Assembly: GCA_965246715.1 (NCBI GenBank)
Contig: CBDFFH010000051.1
Coordinates: 1 to 64,000, forward strand
Direction of reading: 5' to 3'
Length of the DNA: 64,000 bases
Source of the DNA: Chamaesiphon sp.
Lineage (GTDB): Bacteria > Cyanobacteriota > Cyanobacteriia > Cyanobacteriales > Chamaesiphonaceae
Both the position numbers and the translations under genes were made by a program. The first letter of the stretch is position 1, and the number at the start of each line of letters is the position of its first letter. Below are positions 58,044 through 64,000 of this stretch, piece after piece. A model generated the notes under the pieces. It worked only from the letters and a program-made list of their open reading frames with translations, did not search any database and was not told the origin of the DNA.

Positions 58044-59090
58044 GTGGAGGCATCCTTCTTGTCCGAGTTATATCGCGTTGCTATTTTAGGAGCGACAGGT
58101 GCCGTTGGTACGGAATTAATTGAATTACTGGCAAGTCGCAATTTTCCGCTGTCCGAACTCAAATTGTTTGCCTCGTCCAAGTCAGCAGGAACGAAGTTAA
58201 AGTTTCGCGGTGCGGAAATTACGGTAGAAGTTGTAGACGATCGATCGTTCGATGGCATCGATATCGTCCTTGCCTCTGCTGGCGGTTCCACGTCCAAAGC
58301 ATTAGCCCAACAGATTGTCGCTGCTGGAGCCGTGACGATCGATAACTCCAGCGCGTTTCGGATGCGTCCCGATGTGCCGCTAGTTATTCCCGAAGTCAAC
58401 CCAGCAGCAGCGGCTCATCACCAGGGCATTATTGCCAATCCCAACTGTACGACAATTTTAATGGCAGTTGCGGTCTTTCCACTACATCAGGTGCAACCGA
58501 TTCAACGGATCGTGGCAGCAACCTATCAATCAGCTAGCGGTGCAGGTGCCCGAGCGATGGCTGAAGTTGAAACCCAAACCCGCGATATTTTAGATGGGAA
58601 AACACCCACACCCGAAATTTTCCCCTATCCGCTCGCATTCAATCTCTTTCCGCACAATACCCCGATCGACGAGAATGGTTATTGTGAAGAGGAGATGAAG
58701 ATGGTCAACGAAACTCGCAAGATTTTCGGCACTCCCGATCTGCGCGTTACGGCAACTTGCATCCGCGTTCCCGTCCTGCGTGCCCATTCGGAAGCAATTA
58801 ACCTCGAATTTGCCCATCCCTTCGATCCAGATAAGGCTCGATCGATCTTAGCGACCGCTCCTGGCGTAAAATTAGTCGAAGACTGGCAAGCTAATTATTT
58901 CCCGATGCCGATCGATGCTTCGGGCAAGGATGAGGTTTTAGTCGGTCGGATCCGTCAGGATATTTCACACCCTAATGGTCTAGAATTATGGCTGTGCGGC
59001 GACCAGATCCGCAAAGGCGCTGCGCTCAATGCCGTGCAGATTGCCGAATTGCTGATTGAGAATAAGTGGCTTAAGGGTAAGAAAGCTTAA
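58044..59090 (+). CDS. asd: Aspartate-semialdehyde dehydrogenase
   Basis: GATGAVG, NPNCTT, RKGAALNAVQ. Confidence 0.97.
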   Translation: MEASFLSELYRVAILGATGAVGTELIELLASRNFPLSELKLFASSKSAGTKLKFRGAEITVEVVDDRSFDGIDIVLASAGGSTSKALAQQIVAAGAVTIDNSSAFRMRPDVPLVIPEVNPAAAAHHQGIIANPNCTTILMAVAVFPLHQVQPIQRIVAATYQSASGAGARAMAEVETQTRDILDGKTPTPEIFPYPLAFNLFPHNTPIDENGYCEEEMKMVNETRKIFGTPDLRVTATCIRVPVLRAHSEAINLEFAHPFDPDKARSILATAPGVKLVEDWQANYFPMPIDASGKDEVLVGRIRQDISHPNGLELWLCGDQIRKGAALNAVQIAELLIENKWLKGKKA

Positions 59091-59201
59091 CACTCCCTGC
59101 GCACAAAGGGTCTGCCCTAGCAGAGGAAATGAATTAGCGATCTGCGTAGATCCTACCCACCCCGTCGCTGCACGCCACCCCTCCTAAGAGGGGAATTTAC
59201 C

Positions 59202-59229
59202 AGCCACTAGCCACTAGCCACTAGCCACT
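59202..59229. repeat. Heptamer tandem repeat (agccact)x4
   Basis: Seen directly. Confidence 0.8.
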
Positions 59230-59238
59230 ATCTACAAC

Positions 59239-60195
59239 ATGACGATCGATCTCGGACGAGTCATCACCGCAATGGTTACACCTTTCGATAAGGAGGGGAA
59301 CGTTCATTATGCCGAAGTAGAGAAACTGGCTGCTTATCTAGCCGCCAATGGTTCGGATGGCATCGTGGTATGTGGGACGACAGGGGAATCACCAACACTG
59401 AGTTGGGATGAAGAGTATCAATTGTTTCAAGTTGTCAAAGCAGCCGTAGCAGGGAAAGCAAAGGTAATCGCGGGGACTGGATCTAATTCCACCAGCGAAG
59501 CGATCGAAGCTACCCAAAAAGCTGCTAAACTAGGAGTAGATGCTAGTTTACAAGTAGTCCCGTATTATAATAAGCCGCCACAAATCGGTTTGTATCAGCA
59601 CTTCGCCGCGATCGCCTCGGCCTGCGATCTGCCGATGATGATTTATAATATCCCCGGACGTACTGGACAATCGCTGGAACCGGAAACGATCGCAAAGCTA
59701 GCTTTGCTAGATCGGATTGTCGCAATTAAGGAATCCTCGGGTAACCTAGATCTAGTAAGTCAAATTCGGAGTCTGACACCGCCAGAGTTTGCGATTTACT
59801 CAGGGGATGACTCGCTAACTTTACCGATCCTCACAGTGGGTGGTGTGGGAGTAGTAAGTGTCGCCAGTCATTTGGTAGGAAATAAAATCCAGGAAATGAT
59901 TCGCGCGTTTGAATCAGGTCAAAATCAGAGCGCGACCGAATTGCACATCGAAATGCTCCCACTATTCAAAGGATTATTTTTCGCGCCCAATCCGATGCCG
60001 ATCAAAGCAGCATTAAAACTGCAAGGCTGGGAAGTTGGTGGACTGAGACTGCCCATGTGCGAGTTACCCAGCGAACTGCTACCTTTACTCGAAAAAATTC
60101 TATACGAACACGGTCTAGAATCGGTAAAAAAACAGAGTAGTCCGAGCGATCGGCAAATACGCAGCCGAGAGATTGACCCAAGCTCGATAATATGA
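59239..60195 (+). CDS. dapA: 4-hydroxy-tetrahydrodipicolinate synthase
   Basis: GTTGES, PYYNKP, YNIPGRT, IKESSG. Confidence 0.97.
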   Translation: MTIDLGRVITAMVTPFDKEGNVHYAEVEKLAAYLAANGSDGIVVCGTTGESPTLSWDEEYQLFQVVKAAVAGKAKVIAGTGSNSTSEAIEATQKAAKLGVDASLQVVPYYNKPPQIGLYQHFAAIASACDLPMMIYNIPGRTGQSLEPETIAKLALLDRIVAIKESSGNLDLVSQIRSLTPPEFAIYSGDDSLTLPILTVGGVGVVSVASHLVGNKIQEMIRAFESGQNQSATELHIEMLPLFKGLFFAPNPMPIKAALKLQGWEVGGLRLPMCELPSELLPLLEKILYEHGLESVKKQSSPSDRQIRSREIDPSSII

Positions 60196-60705
60196 TACAA
60201 CTAAAGTAACGAGGGAAATATATCGATTAATTCGGGTCTAATTTGAAGAGCTAGTGCCCCAAGCAGTGCCGATAGCACAGAATTAATACTCGTAAAATTT
60301 CAAAGCGACAAGGTTCGATCGATTGTAGTCTAGGTTTAAATACTCTTCGATCTGTAACTCAAACAACATAATAAATATTCAGTTAGTTTAATAATAACCA
60401 GTGCAAATTTCCAGCGCATAGTTTTCGCGAATTTATTAATCGTTCTCTCACAAATTCTCAGGCCAAGCGGCTATGCCAAGGCGCGGTCGAGCTACTTCTA
60501 TCGATTACTACCATAAATTGATGGACTAGAATGTGGAGCGGAATAAATCGCAACCTTGAATGTCATCCACATCCAATATTTTCGATCTTAACTACTCGTT
60601 AAACAGCTAATAGAATTCAATTGCTGTCGGGATTAAGCGAACGGATTGCTGTCATAGACGCAACCGACACAACAGTTTTGTCTAAATTTATCTTAAGTTA
60701 TCTAA

Positions 60706-62586
60706 ATGACCCCTATTCTCAAGTCAAACAAACAGCCTGTAGTTACCAAAAATAGCAACGAACCCACCCTCAAAATCATCCCACTCGGTGGTTTACATGA
60801 GATTGGTAAAAATACCTGCGTATTTGAAATAAACGACGAGATATTGTTGCTAGATGCAGGCTTAGCATTCCCCACCGATGGGATGCACGGTATCAATATC
60901 GTCTTGCCAGATATGACCTATCTGCGCGAGAATCAGCATAAAATCAAAGGAATGATCGTCACTCATGGTCATGAAGATCACATCGGTGGCATCCCTTATC
61001 ACCTGAAGCAATTTGACATTCCCGTCATCTATGGCCCGCGCCTCGCAATGGCACTGCTACAAGGTAAATTAGAAGAAGCTGGCGTAGCAGACCGGACGAA
61101 AATCAAGACAGTTCGCCCTCGCGATATCGTGCGGATCGGTGAATCCTTCTTCGTCGAGTTTATTCGGAATACGCACTCGATCGCCGATAGTTTTACGATC
61201 GCTTTGCATACTCCAGTCGGTGTCGTCATCCATACTGGCGACTTTAAATTCGACCATACCCCAGTTGATGGCGAAGCATATGACTATGCCAAGCTTGCCG
61301 AACATGGCGAAAAAGGTGTCTTGTGTCTGATCAGTGACTCTACCAACTCCGAAATCCCTGGCTTCACCCCATCCGAACGTTCTGTCTTCCCCAACCTTGA
61401 CAGGTTTATTTCCCAAGCAACCGGACGGGTAATGGTCACTACGTTCTCGTCATCCGTGCATCGGATCAATATGACGATCGAGATTGCCATGAAGTATAAC
61501 CGTAAAGTCTGCGTTGTCGGTCGATCGATGCTCAACGTGATCGCCCACGCCCGCAACCTCGGCTATATCAACTGTCCCGATGATGTCTTCGAGCCACTCC
61601 AGTCGGCAAATCATCTCCCCAAAGACCAAGTATTGATTCTCACCACGGGTTCTCAAGGTGAGACTCTGGCGGCGATGACGCGGATTGCTAACGGGCAACA
61701 TCGCCAAGTCCGGATTCAGAAGGGCGACACGATTATCTTCTCTGCTAACCCAATTCCTGGCAACACGATCGCGGTAGTTAACACGATCGACAAATTAATG
61801 ATGCAGGGTGCAAACGTCATTTACGGACGCGATAAAGGCATCCACGTTTCCGGACACGGCTGTCAGGAAGACCAGAAATTAATGCTGAGTCTGACTCGTC
61901 CGAAGTTCTTTATCCCCGTTCACGGCGAACACCGGATGCTGATCAAGCATTCCCAAACTGCTCAAAGTACTGGGATTCCAGCAGAAAATATGGTCATCAT
62001 CGATAACGGTGATATCGTCGAACTGACGGAGAATAGTCTGAGTAAGAACGGTAAAGTCAAGTCGGGCATCCAACTCGTCGATAATGCGGGTATCGTCCAC
62101 GACCAAACCAAGGTAATGGAAGAACGCACGCAATTGGCTGGCGATGGGGTGGTCACGGTGGCACTCGCGATCGGTCTTGACGGTAAGATGATGGCAACAC
62201 CGCAGGTAAATCTCCGGGGTGTAATTACGGCTGTCGAACAGTCATTGATTGCCGCCTTAATTAAGAAAACGATCGAAAATTGCTTGATCGATCGGTGGGA
62301 CAGGTTTGCACGCAAGTTTGAATCCGGACAGATGGATATCGACTGGGCGGGACTGCAAATCGAGTTGGAATTAGCATTACAACGTCTAGTTCGTCGCGAA
62401 TTGCAAAGTCGTCCGCTATTGGTGTTGATGATGCAAACACCTGAAGATGGCAAGGCTACGAAGACTACTCGTACTATTAATCCTGTTACCAATGATGTTA
62501 GCGATAACGATAGCAGCGATAGCAGCGATCGTCCCGCACCGATCGGTCGTCGCAAACAACGCTCGACTGCCAAAGTTGGCTCTTAA
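60706..62586 (+). CDS. rnj: Ribonuclease J
   Basis: THGHEDHIG, HTGDFK, HVSGH, PVHGE. Confidence 0.97.
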   Translation: MTPILKSNKQPVVTKNSNEPTLKIIPLGGLHEIGKNTCVFEINDEILLLDAGLAFPTDGMHGINIVLPDMTYLRENQHKIKGMIVTHGHEDHIGGIPYHLKQFDIPVIYGPRLAMALLQGKLEEAGVADRTKIKTVRPRDIVRIGESFFVEFIRNTHSIADSFTIALHTPVGVVIHTGDFKFDHTPVDGEAYDYAKLAEHGEKGVLCLISDSTNSEIPGFTPSERSVFPNLDRFISQATGRVMVTTFSSSVHRINMTIEIAMKYNRKVCVVGRSMLNVIAHARNLGYINCPDDVFEPLQSANHLPKDQVLILTTGSQGETLAAMTRIANGQHRQVRIQKGDTIIFSANPIPGNTIAVVNTIDKLMMQGANVIYGRDKGIHVSGHGCQEDQKLMLSLTRPKFFIPVHGEHRMLIKHSQTAQSTGIPAENMVIIDNGDIVELTENSLSKNGKVKSGIQLVDNAGIVHDQTKVMEERTQLAGDGVVTVALAIGLDGKMMATPQVNLRGVITAVEQSLIAALIKKTIENCLIDRWDRFARKFESGQMDIDWAGLQIELELALQRLVRRELQSRPLLVLMMQTPEDGKATKTTRTINPVTNDVSDNDSSDSSDRPAPIGRRKQRSTAKVGS

Positions 62587-62642
62587 TTGAATTATATGAT
62601 AGCAGCGATTGCGATCGCTGCTATCTAACCGTAGAATTACGC

Positions 62643-63031
62643 AACATCAGTTCGGGTTAAGGATATTGGCTCCGTTCTAGCACCGCCAACGATTTCAGTC
62701 TCTATGCTCTTCTTACTGCCGAATTAACGTTACGCAACGTCAGTTCGGGTTAAGAATTACCGATTAATGACTCCTAGCTTAGTTTCGGAACCGTCCCCAA
62801 CAAATCGACCCCAACCCACAGCTCGATTCCCATTGCGAAGCTAATGCGGAGCGCTAATCGATGCCAACAAACCAAACCTTGTGCAGGGGAGTTTGAGGGG
62901 CGGCACTCCGCCCTTCAACGGGGGGTCTGGGGGAAGCCTCCCCCAGATCCGGGTTCCACCCACCAGCAACCTCCAGGAAAGCACCAATCAAGAATGGCCT
63001 AAAACGGAGATCCTTAACCCGAACTGACGTT
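62643..63031. mobile_element. Two tandem MITE-like elements with the same TIR family (62643-62731 degenerate; 62736-63031 intact)
   Basis: Perfect 19-bp TIR aacgtcagttcgggttaag / cttaacccgaactgacgtt. Confidence 0.75.
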
Positions 63032-64000
63032 ACTCAGATTGTGTATTAATCAACCTTAACAGTTCGGCAGTTGAGACTTTCGCACTAACATCGGCTCCTT
63101 CGAGGAGACTATCTGCCAGATCGCGCTTGTGCTTGTGGAGATCGACAATTTTTTCTTCGATCGTGTGTTTGGCAACCAATCGATAAATCGTCACCGGACG
63201 TTTTTGCCCGATCCGGTGGGTGCGATCGGATGCTTGATCTTCTACTGCCGGATTCCACCAGGGATCCATATGGATTACATAATCAGCCGCCGTTAGATTT
63301 AGTCCCGTACCGCCAGCCTTGAGGCTGATGAGAAAGACATCACCTACACCTGATTGGAAGGCATCGACACGGAGTTTGCGATCGCGTGCTGAGGTACTAC
63401 CATCGAGATATTGATAGCTAATTTTTTGGGAATCTAAGTATTGGCGAATCAGACTTAGATGGCCGACAAATTGACTGAATACTAGAGCTTTATGTTTATT
63501 TTCTAAAAGTTCTGTCAGGACTTCACCGAATAGTTGCAGTTTGGCGCTGGGTACGCCGATATCTGGAGAAATTAACTTCGGATTGCAACAAGCTTGGCGC
63601 AGTTTCATGATTTCAGCTAATACTTGCAGGTGCTTTTGTCCCGCAGGGGCATCGCTGTCTGCGAGTTTAACGATCGCTTGTTGGCGGAGGGCTTCATAAA
63701 ATGCCATCTCTTCGGCGCTGAGTTCGACTTGGAGGGTGATTTCCGTGCGCGAAGGGAGTTCGGTCAGCACTTGATTTTTGAGACGACGGAGGATGAAGGG
63801 TTGAATTAGTTTGCGAAGATGGTTGCGAGGATTGCGATCTGCTGAAGCATTTTCTATCGCATAGCCAAACCGTTCGTTAAAACTTTCTAGCGAACCGAGT
63901 AAGCCAGGATTGATAAAGCGGAATAAATTCCAGAGTTCGCCGAGATGATTTTCGATTGGTGTTCCAGTCACGATTAATTTAAATCCGCCTTGGAGATTCA
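63030..64000 (-). CDS. SNF2-family helicase, C-terminal part (runs off the right edge)
   Basis: TGTPIENHL, LVFSQF, SLKAGGTGLNL, DPWWNPA, HRIGQ. Confidence 0.95.
   Translation of the reverse strand, partial: NLQGGFKLIVTGTPIENHLGELWNLFRFINPGLLGSLESFNERFGYAIENASADRNPRNHLRKLIQPFILRRLKNQVLTELPSRTEITLQVELSAEEMAFYEALRQQAIVKLADSDAPAGQKHLQVLAEIMKLRQACCNPKLISPDIGVPSAKLQLFGEVLTELLENKHKALVFSQFVGHLSLIRQYLDSQKISYQYLDGSTSARDRKLRVDAFQSGVGDVFLISLKAGGTGLNLTAADYVIHMDPWWNPAVEDQASDRTHRIGQKRPVTIYRLVAKHTIEEKIVDLHKHKRDLADSLLEGADVSAKVSTAELLRLINTQSE

Noticed and set aside
1..64000. tRNA, rRNA or prophage genes
   Set aside because: None recognisable by eye.

Overview
Cyanobacterial chromosomal DNA. It is rich in the HIP1 core CGATCG, and the gene content suggests a Chamaesiphon-like organism (inference). 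The right part (26.6-64 kb) is mostly core genes: yajQ, a decayed STAND/WD40 gene, ilvA, a Pix/Tax-type phototaxis operon with a DXCIP-type cyanobacteriochrome MCP, tig-clpP-clpX, asd-dapA-rnj and a partial SNF2 helicase, with MITE/REP-like intergenic elements. The left 26.5 kb is accessory DNA in two different arrays on either side of the only full-length acnB (16415-18997, minus). (1) Downstream of acnB are three more direct-orientation copies of only its 3' part. The two visible in full (1293 bp; 1044 bp without its IS) end exactly at the stop codon, and all three have different 5' breakpoints. They separate blocks of defence, toxin-antitoxin (TA) and integron cargo, and no intact recombinase is visible in the window. 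(2) Between acnB and yajQ, six or seven copies of a ~60-100 bp direct repeat separate 0.5-0.9 kb units that each carry a TA pair or small gene, like a cassette array without attC sites. Also present: a truncated integron (intI fragment, candidate attI, GNAT cassette, canonical attC) and three IS elements (IS1, IS701-like, ISAs1) with TIRs and TSDs readable in the sequence. Family names come from motif recognition; no searches were run.
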